DNA from: Actinomycetota bacterium
Lineage (GTDB): Bacteria > Actinomycetota > Acidimicrobiia > IMCC26256 > DASPTH01
DNA: 64,000 bases
Reading direction: 5' to 3'
Assembly: GCA_046727575.1 (NCBI GenBank)
Contig: JBKPCV010000033.1
Span: forward strand, 1,006-65,005
In this document: piece by piece, positions 45,985 to 55,202 of the stretch
Position numbering within the stretch: the stretch's first letter is position 1
Layout of the letters: each line of letters starts with the position of its first letter
Translations under genes and position numbers: made by a program
The notes under the pieces: generated by a model
The model's database searches: none
Told to the model about the DNA's origin: nothing
Seen by the model: only the letters and a program-made list of their open reading frames with translations

Positions 45985-46746
45985 TCACGTCCCGAATGGT
46001 GTGGCCTTCTTCGGAAGGGGTATACGCACCAGTTCCTTCTCCGTCGGGGGCGGGGGTGGCGGACCCGAAGGTCCGGCACTTAGGCAGAACCAGCAACCGT
46101 GGAACATGACCGGGGTGGTCGTGTTTGTGCCCTGCCAGCCGCCGTACGTCAGCTGAGCGACATAGCCGTCGACGAAGTACCACTTGTTCGTCGGGCGAGA
46201 ACCCCAGTCCCAGGTAGGCACCCATCGGTTGTCCGGCCACAGATTGTAGGACCAGCCAGTATTCCCAAGGGCAACCCAGTGCGGGTTGGGGTTTGGCTCG
46301 AAGACGTACAGCACGGTTGCCGAAGCCAAGTAGCCCGCAGGCATCGTGAATGGGTTCCCATACGAGCTGGAATAGGCAGCAGCCGCGGTCTTGATCTTGG
46401 TATTGAGCCTCGGAAATCGCTCGATACGCGAATTCAGCACGACGAAGAGGTTGTCCGGCCCAGCGTTGGCCCTCGCGTTTTCTTGATCGTCCTGGTCGCA
46501 ATCAATGCGGACCCATATCGGTCGACCGAGGCGGTCGGAACCGCGCACGAAGCACTCGTACGAATCGGTGTTGCTGACGTCATACCGGTAACCCGGTTCG
46601 AAGATCTCGGGGGGGTCATCTGGTTCGTCAGCAAAGGCATTTGCAGGCATCAGGCCCACAGTTGCCATAACGACCAGGATCGCTGCGCCACACGATCGCG
46701 CGCCTCGGCTGAGGCGGTGTTTAGTCGACGTCCTGACTGTCAACAT
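45985..46746 (-). CDS. secreted Trp/Asn-rich orphan protein with C-terminal poly-Pro
   Basis: Signal peptide AAILVVMATVGLMPANAFA. Mature part FEPGYRYDVSNTDSYECFVRG...WSYNLWPDNRWVPTWDWGSRPTNKWYFVDGY...GPPPPPP. The DNA is visibly less GC-rich than its surroundings. Confidence 0.65.
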   Translation of the reverse strand: MLTVRTSTKHRLSRGARSCGAAILVVMATVGLMPANAFADEPDDPPEIFEPGYRYDVSNTDSYECFVRGSDRLGRPIWVRIDCDQDDQENARANAGPDNLFVVLNSRIERFPRLNTKIKTAAAAYSSSYGNPFTMPAGYLASATVLYVFEPNPNPHWVALGNTGWSYNLWPDNRWVPTWDWGSRPTNKWYFVDGYVAQLTYGGWQGTNTTTPVMFHGCWFCLSAGPSGPPPPPPTEKELVRIPLPKKATPFGT

Positions 46747-46926
46747 CACGCTCCCCTCCACGGTGGCCGCCCAAGGACGAATTGTTGGCCGAGGCGGCTC
46801 GAATCGTCAGGCGCGCACTCAGGAGCATCGACAAGACGGACGGACCAAAGTCCGTCGCGATGAGCCTGGTCCTTCAGCCAAGGTGCGGCCTTCTAATGGA
46901 CGTGACGCGCGTGCGATACTGCTTAC

Positions 46927-47610
46927 ATGACCGCGACCGCGCGTCCCCGGCAGCAAGCGCTGCCGTGGCAAGCAATGGCCGAGGCGGCGATGCTCGACGA
47001 ACGACAAGCGGGCGTTGAGCACTACCTGCTCGCTCTCTGTGATCAGCCACCCGCCGCGGATGTTCTGCGCGAGGTCGGCATTACGCGTGATGGAGTCGAG
47101 CGCGACTACGACCCAGGAATCTCGCGTGCTCGATCGACCCCGAGTTCTTCGTCAGGAAAGACGAGTTCTTCCTCAGGAAAGAAAGGGGCGGGTCTGCGAA
47201 CTGACGGCGAGCGCATTTTCGGCTTCGCGCTCGGGTTAGCTCGCGCGTGGGGCGAGCCACCAGGTCCTGCCCACTACCTTCTAGCGATCGCGTACGAGTA
47301 TGCGTCGGTGTTGTCCGTCCTTGGGACCGACTCCGCGACGGTGGTCGAGGCGTTACGACGCCGCGGCTACCGGGTCCCGGATGCTGAGCCTCCCGTGCAC
47401 CAGCCGTGGCGTGGCACACAGGAGGTCGAGGTGTCTGCAGAAGAGTTGAAGCCGCTTCTCGACGTGCTCGAGCGGACGCACCCGCCGGGCTCCGAGTGGC
47501 GGTGGGGTATTGGGTGGACTGAGCACGATCCGTCACGCAGGCGGGTGAGCGCAGAAGAGGGCATCGACCTGCAGGCAGCACTGCGAGAGAGTCGCGGCCA
47601 GACCACTTAG
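46927..47610 (+). CDS. Clp N-terminal (Clp_R) domain-like protein
   Basis: Two VEHYLLALCDQ / AHYLLAIAYEY repeats typical of Clp_N. Internal small duplication SSSSGKTSSSSGKK. Confidence 0.5.
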   Translation: MTATARPRQQALPWQAMAEAAMLDERQAGVEHYLLALCDQPPAADVLREVGITRDGVERDYDPGISRARSTPSSSSGKTSSSSGKKGAGLRTDGERIFGFALGLARAWGEPPGPAHYLLAIAYEYASVLSVLGTDSATVVEALRRRGYRVPDAEPPVHQPWRGTQEVEVSAEELKPLLDVLERTHPPGSEWRWGIGWTEHDPSRRRVSAEEGIDLQAALRESRGQTT

Positions 47611-47829
47611 CCGCCCCGATGCCGATCTGGAGCGGACCCGCGCCGGGGACAACGCGCCACCGCCCGCCGACAACGCCGCGCGCGAGAGAGCGAGAGCGCC
47701 CGCGACGCGCGCGCAGAGCAGCGCCCCACGCCCCGTTTTTGGGCGACAACATTTCACCCCACACACTCCCCACTCTCTCTCTCCCCGACGTGGAACCAGA
47801 CGGCGTGCGGGTGATCGGGGCCGAGTCGG

Positions 47830-48963
47830 TGCGTTCGGGGGCGAGGGCGATCGAGGCCGAATCGGCGGGATCGAGCGAGCCAGAACCGGCGATCGGCGCT
47901 ACCTCACGTCGAACCCAACCCACCGCGGCAACATCAGCCGCGCACATGAAGCCGTCACCGGTGCGCAGCGTCGTCTCACCCGCGCCACCGACGAGCTCCA
48001 CGACGCACGAACCCAGATCGCGCGCCAGGAGACCGCGGTCGCAGCGCGCGCCCGATGGGACCAGCAACATGCCTGGCGTCTTCAGCGCATCGCCGAGATC
48101 GACGACGCACTCGCCCACCACTGGGCCGACGCCGTGCTGCGCGCCGCGCGCGCCGACGACCCGCTCGCCTTCGGTATCCGGCGGCTCCGCGACGCCCGCG
48201 CCACCCACCAACACGACCTCGAAACTTTGCGACGCTCGCTGCCACCTGACCGGCGCCGCGCCCTCGCGTACGCCGAAGCCGACCTCGCCCGATCTCAACA
48301 ACGCGTCCACGACCTCGAAGCGCGCGTCACTGCTGCCCGTGCTGCCGTCGACCAGGCGCGCCGGCGGCGCTCGGGACGACGCGACCACGTCGCGGTCGCA
48401 CACACCACCGCCGACCTCCACGCCGCCACCACCACACTCGCGGTCGCCCGCGACACCTGTGCCGCGGCCGCCCGTCGGGTCAACGACGAACGACACGCCG
48501 TCGACGCCCGCAACGAGGCCCTGCACCGGATCGCCACGCCGCGCGCCCGGCTCGCGGCAGCAGTCCGCGATCTCGACCTCGCCCTCGACCTCACCCGCCC
48601 CGATCGCGTCGCCTACGCCGCGACCGACCGTCTCACGAGCTCTGGCGCGCCCTCGGCTCGCCGCCAGCCACCCGCGGCGGACTCGCCGCCTGGTGCGGCC
48701 TCGCCGAACAACTCGAAGCCAGCAACGACCGCGCCGCCGCCGCGCACACTCCCAGTAGCAAGATGCGATCGCGCGGTGGGCACATTGAGATGCGCGACAC
48801 CGCGGAGGCGATCATCGAAGTGGCGAGCAGCCACGACCCGTCACTAGCGCGCAACCCTCTCGGCGAGCACGCTCACTGGCAACCCACTCTCGACGAGATC
48901 GCAAGCCGCGCTGTGCGCATCAACAGCCCCGAGATCGAGCCCGACGTTGGTCTCGAGCTGTAA
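47830..48963 (+). pseudogene. diverged, 5-prime-truncated and frameshifted second copy of the MobF relaxase 3-prime end
   Basis: ISRAHEAVTGAQRRLTRATDELHDA...HHWADAVLRAARADDPLAFGIRRLRDARATHQHDL...DLDLALDLTRPDR is collinear with relaxase residues from about ISRANQAVAGAHRRLTRVTEALHDA. Frameshift near 48625-48640. The end ...HDPSLARNPLGEHAHWQPTL...EPDVGLEL matches ...HDPTPARDPLGEHARWQPTL...QPDLGLEL. Confidence 0.8.
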
Positions 48964-49060
48964 CGCCAACCGCACCGAGCCGGTTCGGGCGCGATCCGCA
49001 AGTTGCGGGGATCCGCTGTTCTGTGCGCGCTCGTAAGAGGAAGCCGCGACCAATGGCGAG

Positions 49061-49456
49061 CTAGTCGGCGAAGACGTCCCGGCTGAGCTGTATGAAGAAC
49101 GTGTGGTCGTGACCCTTGTTGGGATCCTCGCGGTTGTAATGCGTCTTCGAGGCTCCGTCGGGGACATTCTCTTCGGTGTAGATCGCTCCGACAGGACACA
49201 CGTCGGGCTGATAGCAGGCGGTACATGACGTGCACTCATCGAGGTTCACATACAAGATGCTGTCTTCGAAGATCCCGATCGCCTCCGGGTTCGGCTGGTG
49301 GGTGTTCTCGGTGACGCCACTCCCCGCCTCGACCTCGGAGAACAGCACGCTCTTCTCGGGATCGAACTCATAGATGCACTGCACGGGACAGACATCGACG
49401 CACGCACGATCCTTCACATCGATACATGCCTCGGTGATGATCGCAAGACCGGACAT
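49061..49456 (-). CDS. ferredoxin (FdxA-like, two Cys clusters) with a ~37-aa insertion
   Basis: ITEACIDVKDRACVDVCPVQCIYE ... LYVNLDECTSCTACYQPDVCPVGAIY. Confidence 0.75.
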   Translation of the reverse strand: MSGLAIITEACIDVKDRACVDVCPVQCIYEFDPEKSVLFSEVEAGSGVTENTHQPNPEAIGIFEDSILYVNLDECTSCTACYQPDVCPVGAIYTEENVPDGASKTHYNREDPNKGHDHTFFIQLSRDVFAD

Positions 49457-49671
49457 CTGCCTCCCTCCGACTCACGGTAACCGACGTGCCGCAAATGCGC
49501 GGCTCGGATCAACCGCCCCCGCCGCCTGACGACATGGCGTAGCCTTTCCGGATCGGCGTTCTGTGCGGCTCGAGGGCGTTGTTCTGTATCTCGGTTCGGC
49601 GAGCAGCTGAACGGAATCTCGCCGCGTGTTGGGTCGGCGCGTTGTGGTCGGAGTCACGTATGTCAGGCACG

Positions 49672-49986
49672 TCACGGGAGATGATGTTGGACCTCGTAGC
49701 GGTTCCGACGGCCGTCGCGCTCCTTGACCACGTAGCCCTCGGCAGCCAAGTCGCTGACGATGGCGAACGCGCTGCGTTCGGTGATGCCCAAGGTCGCTGC
49801 AATATCCCGTAGGCGCACGCCGGGATCGTCTGCGATGCACAGCAAGGCCCGGGCATGGCTGGTGAGGAAAACTCCATTCGGCCACCCGGTCACTGGGCCG
49901 ATGCTAGAAGCAGTTTGCTGGAATATTGATTCTGGTGTAGCGTTTGGGAGTGCGCATCGAGGCCCCCCGGCCGATGCGGCCAGCAC
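49672..49986 (-). CDS. winged-helix (MarR/ArsR-like) transcriptional regulator
   Basis: HARALLCIADDPGVRLRDIAATLGITERSAFAIVSDLAAEGYVVKERDGRRNRY. Start uncertain. Confidence 0.6.
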   Translation of the reverse strand: MLAASAGGPRCALPNATPESIFQQTASSIGPVTGWPNGVFLTSHARALLCIADDPGVRLRDIAATLGITERSAFAIVSDLAAEGYVVKERDGRRNRYEVQHHLP

Positions 49987-50010
49987 TCGAGTCGCAGAAG
50001 GGATCCACCC

Positions 50011-50091
50011 ATGTGGGTCGTCGGAGTCGTCGTCATCGCCATCGCGGTCGCCCTCTACACCCTGTTGCGCAGGCGGCGCGTCCCGTCATAA
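50011..50091 (+). CDS. 26-aa hydrophobic peptide ORF divergent from the wHTH regulator
   Basis: AGAAGGGA, 6 nt, then ATG: MWVVGVVVIAIAVALYTLLRRRRVPS. Too short for the ORF track. Confidence 0.3.
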   Translation: MWVVGVVVIAIAVALYTLLRRRRVPS

Positions 50092-50350
50092 CACCCTCCA
50101 CCCGGCGTCGGACCAGGGACGGCCAGCCGGGACTCACGACCGAGAACGGACAACGACCGCCGTAGTCGGGTTCGCCAAGCGACGCGGTCCGGTCCGTAGG
50201 CCGGCCAGTCCACAGACGACCTCGCAGAGGGTGGGTTCAACTCGCGCGAGCCAACGCCGTGTCGCTTAGCTGACACCTCTTCGGGGAAGGTAGCTCTACC
50301 TCTGCAGGACTCGAATGCTGGAGGCGGCTCACCCACGGCTCCGGAGGTTC

Positions 50351-50445
50351 CGGCTCGGGCGGTGGTACAGGTTCCGGCGGAATTGGCGGCTCGGGCGGTG
50401 GTACAGGTTCGGGCGGGGGTAGCGGCTCCCCGGTGGCGGGGTCGG
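50351..50445. repeat. low-complexity GGN/CCN repeat (Gly/Ser-rich on plus, PEPVPPPEP on minus) with a 36-bp internal period; contains a 29-mer inverted relative to 55026-55054
   Basis: tcgggcggtggtacaggttcgggcggggg at 50391-50419. Minus ORF 50237..50545 reads ...PLPPPEPVPPPEPPIPPEPVPPPEPEPPEP. The Gly-rich plus frame has no start codon. Confidence 0.7.
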
Positions 50446-51384
50446 TTCGGGTGGTGGCCCGGGCGCATGTGCGGAGTTTGGAGACTTCGTGCCGAGCGTC
50501 AGTCTCACGCGCGGAGTATGCACGGGAGTGGCGTCTGGCGTCCATACATGACCGCTACCAAGACGACTCGGACTGCCTCGATTGTCCCACGCTGGTACGC
50601 CTCCTGCAGCACCACCTCACCGGCTGGCGCCCTCACCCGCGTAGGGTCGCGTTGCCCGCCGGATCTCTCGAACACCGATCCAGAAGATGACGCCGAACTC
50701 CTCCACTTCGTTGCCTGGGCACTGGTACACCAGCCTGAAGCGTTGAGGAGCCGTTCGCGTTCCAGTCGGTCATGACCCATCGTGGCCTCACGGACGAGAA
50801 CATGCGCTACGTCCAGACGATCATTCGTGCGGCGCCCGACCTGATCGCAGCGTTCGAGCGTGAACGCAGTCGTGATGCGAAAGGCTCGAGGACCGGCGGC
50901 ACCAGCGAGACCTGAGCGCTCCACCGGGCTCGGTTGACGCAGTACGCCTGAGCGTTCACGTTCATGCGGCTTGCCGCGACCCCTGGGCGGCATCATTCAA
51001 ACTGCCAGCAGGAGCTGCGTTCTGGCGGCGCTTGTCGTTCTTCGCGGCCCGTGGTCGTTGATTGGCCTCGCCGCCGACCGCTCGGTGATTGACCTTGCAG
51101 TCGAGGAACGCTACGACCCGATCTTCCTTGGTGCCGGCGGTGAGCGGCTGCACCGGCACGATGCGCGCATCGTGCGCCGGATCGCCCGACGATGCGACCG
51201 AGCCGCGATCTCGCCATGCGATGCCCACTGGCAGGCCGTCCGAGAATGCGACCTTCCAGGGGCGGAGACGATCGTGTGCGCGAAGGACGTCCGACTGCCA
51301 GACCGACTGGACAGGCGGCTCAAACGGCAGGACAGTAGGAGGAGTTCTGGGCTTCGGCTCGGAATCGAGTGATCGGGGTGCCCT

Positions 51385-52197
51385 GTGCGACGAATCGGCG
51401 TAGGGAGACCGGGGGACAATCGGGGTGCGCCGTTCGACGTCGTTGCAGTGAAGACCACACCCTCACCGTCGAGCGGCAATCCCTTGGAAGAGCTGGTGGT
51501 CACCAGCCGGTTGTCGACCCACGATTCGCTCTTGTTGCAACGAGCACTCGAGGAGGGTGTGGTCCGTGTCTACGACGATCACGACGACGCCAAGGAGCGG
51601 CACTCCTCGCGGTACCACGTCGGGACGTACTTCACGAGGGAGAGCGGCGCGGACGACGCGCGGGCCTTCGAGATCCAACTGGTAGAGATCGAGGATTTTC
51701 ACCCTACGGGCCTGTCGATCGCCGGCGTTGAGTTCCCGGCGCCGTACCGCTACACGGAGAACTTCCGAGGTATGGGGTTGGAGATCGTCGCCCGCCTCAA
51801 GGTCAGCGCCGACGAGCTGGACCAGCTCTACGAGCTGTCGATCACTGATCCCCACGAGGTAGTGCGCCACGGTGTCACCGAAGAGTCGCGCTTGATGTCG
51901 CTGCTCGTCACCGCTTGGTCGCCGGCACCTGATGAGATCGCGACGTGCGAGGTGTGGTTGGGCGATCCGAGAGAGGTGGACAGCGACTGGGCCCTAGTGG
52001 CGAAGTCGGTCCGCATGGGCCGCGACGCACTGGCTGGGGTCGACGCCCTGCTGGCGGCGTTGGAGCAGCGAGGGGTGCTCCCGGCTGACGCCATCGACGC
52101 GATCCGAGAGGATGCGGGGCGCCGACGCCGTGACTTGCACTTCCACATGTTCGAGGTCCACGACCTCGAAACGGATGTTCAATGGCGCAGGAGCTGA
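51385..52197 (+). CDS. acidic orphan protein, no recognised domain
   Basis: Balanced, coding-like sequence from about LEELVVTSRLSTHDSLLLQRALEEGVVRVYDDHDD... to ...HFHMFEVHDLETDVQWRRS. Start uncertain (GTG/TTG candidates around 51450-51500). Confidence 0.6.
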   Translation: MRRIGVGRPGDNRGAPFDVVAVKTTPSPSSGNPLEELVVTSRLSTHDSLLLQRALEEGVVRVYDDHDDAKERHSSRYHVGTYFTRESGADDARAFEIQLVEIEDFHPTGLSIAGVEFPAPYRYTENFRGMGLEIVARLKVSADELDQLYELSITDPHEVVRHGVTEESRLMSLLVTAWSPAPDEIATCEVWLGDPREVDSDWALVAKSVRMGRDALAGVDALLAALEQRGVLPADAIDAIREDAGRRRRDLHFHMFEVHDLETDVQWRRS

Positions 52198-52371
52198 TCC
52201 GCAGTTGCCTCCGCTCCCGGGCCTACTAGGTGGTTTCGAGTGGTCAGGCCAGCTCGACCGTCGAGTTCGTCGTGATCCCCGGCGGTCCCCACGCGCTGTT
52301 CCGCCAGTTTCGCCGGTCTGGAAACGGGGAATCACGGCGGCGCTGGCAGCAGCCGGGCGACAGTACAGGAG

Positions 52372-52653
52372 GTGCAGGGACAGTTGGATGAGCACACTCC
52401 TCGTCGTTCGCGCGCCCCGGCGCGTTTTCGTGTCACACCGATAGTGGTCCTGGCGCTCGTGCTCCTGGTGATCGTCGTGGTGCTCGCGGCGGCGAACTCC
52501 CAGAAGGTCACGGTTGACTTTGTCTTCGAGGACTATGAGGTGCCGCTTGCGGTCGTCATCGCCGGCACGGGACTTATCGGCTTGGTCGTGGGCTGGCTCT
52601 TAGGCCGATTCGGCGTGATGAGCTGGCTCCTCGACCGGTACCGCAAGCCCTAG
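52372..52653 (+). CDS. LapA-domain (DUF1049) small membrane protein
   Basis: IVVLALVLLVIVVVLAAANSQKVTVDFVFEDYEVPLAVVIAGTGLIGLVVGWLLG. Confidence 0.7.
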   Translation: MQGQLDEHTPRRSRAPARFRVTPIVVLALVLLVIVVVLAAANSQKVTVDFVFEDYEVPLAVVIAGTGLIGLVVGWLLGRFGVMSWLLDRYRKP

Positions 52654-52872
52654 CAGCCGCTAGCCATCCGCGTAGGTCGCTTGCCGAAGGTGCCTCCGCG
52701 CCACACAAAAAGGGCCACGTCTGAAGTTGGCCGAAGACCGCGTGCCAGTCGGACGATTCGGTACACGGAACCAGGCGTACCGAACCGCCGTTATACGGGT
52801 GACGTTCTGTCGCGGGCGCAGTTACTAGCCGGAGCCCACCCCCGGGCAATCCGAGTAGGCGGTAGGAGCTGC

Positions 52873-53228
52873 TCAGCTTCCGAAGCGCTGAACCGCAAAG
52901 GTCCAGATGTTGGCCTTCTCGATCGCGAGGGCTGTAGCCGCGTTGTACCCCGTCGGGGGTCGAGTGGGGTTCACTGAGAACTTGTGCGCCTCGGCCCAAC
53001 CGCGGAGTAGTGCTCATCCGGGTCGTCAACACGGACATACGTCTAGCCGTGCCCAACGTGCGAGCCGTGCAGCATCTCAGGGCGATCGGTTTGCGTGACC
53101 GCAACGCCTCCCTCCCACCGAACCTCGGCTGCGTTGTCGTCCATCCAGACCACGCCGAGTCCGAACACGTCGTGGAGTTCCTGCATGGAACGCTTCATGT
53201 CTAGGTAGGTGAGCAGCGCGCAGATCAT
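52873..53228 (-). pseudogene. glyoxalase/VOC-family protein with an in-frame stop and frameshifts
   Basis: MICALLTYLDMKRSMQELHDVFGLGVVW...HGSHVGHG stop, then YVRVDDPDEHY. The next frame reads GAQVLSEPHSTPDGVQRGYSPRD, and a third reads EGANIWTFAVQRFGS stop. Confidence 0.55.
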
Positions 53229-53584
53229 CGTGAGATTCTTGCAGAGCCTTGCCCGATCAGATCAGCCGCACCGTGCGGGTGAGGTTTTGTCGCAGTGAAC
53301 CGCTGGCGGAAGGAGCGCAGCGCGCGGGCAATCCCGCGCGTCAAGTAATCCCGCAGACGAGATGGGCGACGGGGTTCGAGGCCGTCGTACTCGTCCGGCC
53401 ATCGACGGGTGGAGCTACATCCCGCAAGACGGCCCCGAAACGGACGACGTTCCTGACTGCTCGCCGGCCTACGTGCGAGCTCAGGCGGTGTTAGAAGACA
53501 AGCATCACGACGCCAGCTACCAACAACAATGACGATGCACCCCACTCCCACGACATACCAGCGCACCGGGTCGCGCCTGCTCAT
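53225..53584 (-). CDS. hypothetical ORF (TM-like N-terminus), stop overlaps the VOC start (ATGA)
   Basis: MSRRDPVRWYVVGVGCIVIVVGSW... followed by an Arg-rich sequence. Coding status doubtful. Confidence 0.25.
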   Translation of the reverse strand: MSRRDPVRWYVVGVGCIVIVVGSWRRDACLLTPPELARRPASSQERRPFRGRLAGCSSTRRWPDEYDGLEPRRPSRLRDYLTRGIARALRSFRQRFTATKPHPHGAADLIGQGSARISR

Positions 53585-53689
53585 CTCCCGCAGTACAAGC
53601 CGCGAGGAACCGATATCGGCACCTGAACAACGGCCGCGGTCGTGATGGTGCGCGGCCACGAGGAGTAGAGCGCGCTGGGGCTCAATTCG

Positions 53690-54124
53690 TTACGTGGCCG
53701 CGGCCATGTAGCCAGCCGTTACCTCGTTCTTGCGCGCTGAGAAGGCAGAGAGGACTTCTTCCTTCTCGCGCGGCGGCACTTTGAAGAAGTCAAGGGTGCG
53801 CCCAAGCTCGGCCGAGACCTCGTCGAATTCCTCTGGCGAGATCTTGAGTTCACGATGCGCCTCCTCAAGACCCACCTCAGTCTTTCCCGGCTTTGTGGGT
53901 GTGTATTGGAGCGGCCCGCCAGAGACCGCGCAGACCCACAGAGTTCGCATGAACTTGAGGCCTGGCAACCTATCTAACTGCTTGGTGTGCCACTCCCGGA
54001 GAGCTGGGTTGTTCGAAGGCTTCCCAACGATCGGGTTCTGCACAACCGCGTCGCTGAAGTGGTCAACCACCGCCGCGATGGCGAAGACGCCACCAAGCCG
54101 TACGTACAGACTCTCGTCGGCCAT
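53690..54124 (-). CDS. group I truncated hemoglobin (trHbN-like)
   Basis: ORF 53690..54154, ATG 54124. MADESLYVRLGGVFAIAAVVDHFSDAVVQNP...FMRTLWVCAVSGGPLQY...EAHRELKISPEEFDEV. Confidence 0.8.
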   Translation of the reverse strand: MADESLYVRLGGVFAIAAVVDHFSDAVVQNPIVGKPSNNPALREWHTKQLDRLPGLKFMRTLWVCAVSGGPLQYTPTKPGKTEVGLEEAHRELKISPEEFDEVSAELGRTLDFFKVPPREKEEVLSAFSARKNEVTAGYMAAAT

Positions 54125-54208
54125 GTTCACAACCTCCGCAATCATGAGCGTCAAACACCCTTCGACGCTTCATCACCTTGCGCTTGATCCATCCGTACTT
54201 CGTTGTAC

Positions 54209-54373
54209 TTACTGGCGCGGTGACTGTCGCGGAGAAAGTCGCGACGCCAGGTAGCCCCCGCCACTACCGCTACCGCCGCCTGAAGACAGGGCGATCGCGA
54301 CGCCGATCGCGACAACCAGCAGTGCGACCACCCAAACGAGAGGACGACGCGACACCCGTTCAAAGGCTGGCAT
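54209..54373 (-). CDS. 54-aa signal-anchor peptide with a Gly/Ser tract
   Basis: GAGGAGAAAGAG then ATG 54373: MPAFERVSRRPLVWVVALLVVAIGVAIALSSGGGSGSGGGYLASRLSPRQSPRQ. Confidence 0.45.
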   Translation of the reverse strand: MPAFERVSRRPLVWVVALLVVAIGVAIALSSGGGSGSGGGYLASRLSPRQSPRQ

Positions 54374-55021
54374 CTCTTTCTCCTCGCTCAAGTCACGGCG
54401 AAGAGTTCTACGAGCGTCTGACCCGAAGGGGATTGCGCCCTCCGCTGACCGGCGCCGCCGATTCAAGGTCACCGAGCAAGCGCGGCCCGCTCCGCGGTGC
54501 GCGGTGGTCATGCCGATCGGCCGTCGTTCCGGTAATCTCCGAGCACCTCGGTCGCGGCCGGTGCCTCGCTCGCTGGTCGACACACCCGCACCAGAGCGGG
54601 CACTCGGTGCGGATGCCTCACGCGTTCGGTCGCCGCGGTCGTTGTGATCTGGCTTGCTCGTACTCGTCGCGATGCCGCGGATTGGTATGTCACGGGTCGG
54701 GCTGATCTCGCTGGTCGGGCTCTGGGTCGCTGCGTCTAGCACCGCCAACTTGGCGTGGCGTGCGCAGCGGAGTTTCGCCAGAGTGGGGTCGAGTCCGGCG
54801 GCCGCTGTTACTGGCTGTGGATGCCGCGACCGGCGAGGAGCGGTGGCGGGCGGAGACGGCGGGTTTTCTTGTCATCGAGGATGGGTCGGCTCGTCGGACA
54901 TGGCTGGCCCCGCACGGCGCTGCCGTACCGCGCTGTTGTCGACCCGATTCGGGCTTGTGACTGTCCCGCTGCACGCGACATCACCGTGGGCCTTGACCGC
55001 TTCACGCAGCGAGCTTTCCGA

Positions 55022-55110
55022 GGTGCCCCCGCCCGAACCTGTACCTCCGCCCGAACCGGTCCCGGCACCGGAGCCAGTCCCGCCACCGGAGCCGGTCCCT
55101 CCACCTCTCG
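55022..55110. repeat. low-complexity CCN/GGN repeat (PPPEPVPPPEPVPAPEPVPPPEPVPPP on plus); inverted partner of 50351-50445
   Basis: cccccgcccgaacctgtacctccgcccga at 55026-55054 is the reverse complement of 50391-50419 with 1 mismatch in 29. Confidence 0.7.
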
Positions 55111-55202
55111 ATTTGAGCAGGCGCGACCCTTAGACGACGAAGCCGCAAGCCGAAGACGCCGGTATCGTGAATTGGAACCGAGCGAACTGAGAGTCCAATC
55201 TG

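Noticed and set aside
41668-47830. Search for a middle att site (a third copy of the tRNA-Arg 3-prime end) that would prove tandem elements.
   Set aside because: The ggttcgaatccctcc T-arm string occurs only at 35104-35120 and 63374-63390. The tandem-accretion idea therefore rests on the relaxase fragment alone.
50300-50445. Gly/Ser-rich reading frames (GSGGSGSGGGTGSGG...) at 50300-50445(+) and 55110-54900(-), considered as secreted-protein linkers.
   Set aside because: Both frames are closed by a stop immediately upstream and have no start codon before the tract. They are kept only as a repeat observation.
50560-50780. Minus-strand frame reading FRLVYQCPGNEVEEFGVIFWIGVREI, reminiscent of a RelE/ParE toxin C-terminus.
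   Set aside because: Only ~25 residues are suggestive. Stops lie upstream in that frame, and no N-terminal part or antitoxin partner could be assembled. At best it is a relic, which is too weak to call.
50962-51420. Minus-strand frame ...PTVLPFEPPVQSVWQSDVLRAHDRLRPWKVAFSDGLPVGIAWRDRGSVASSGDPAHDARIVPVQPLTAGTKEDRVVAFLDCKVNHRAV...
   Set aside because: The stretch looks protein-like, but it has no start for the conserved-looking part and I recognise no family. It is probably another gene fragment and was not annotated.
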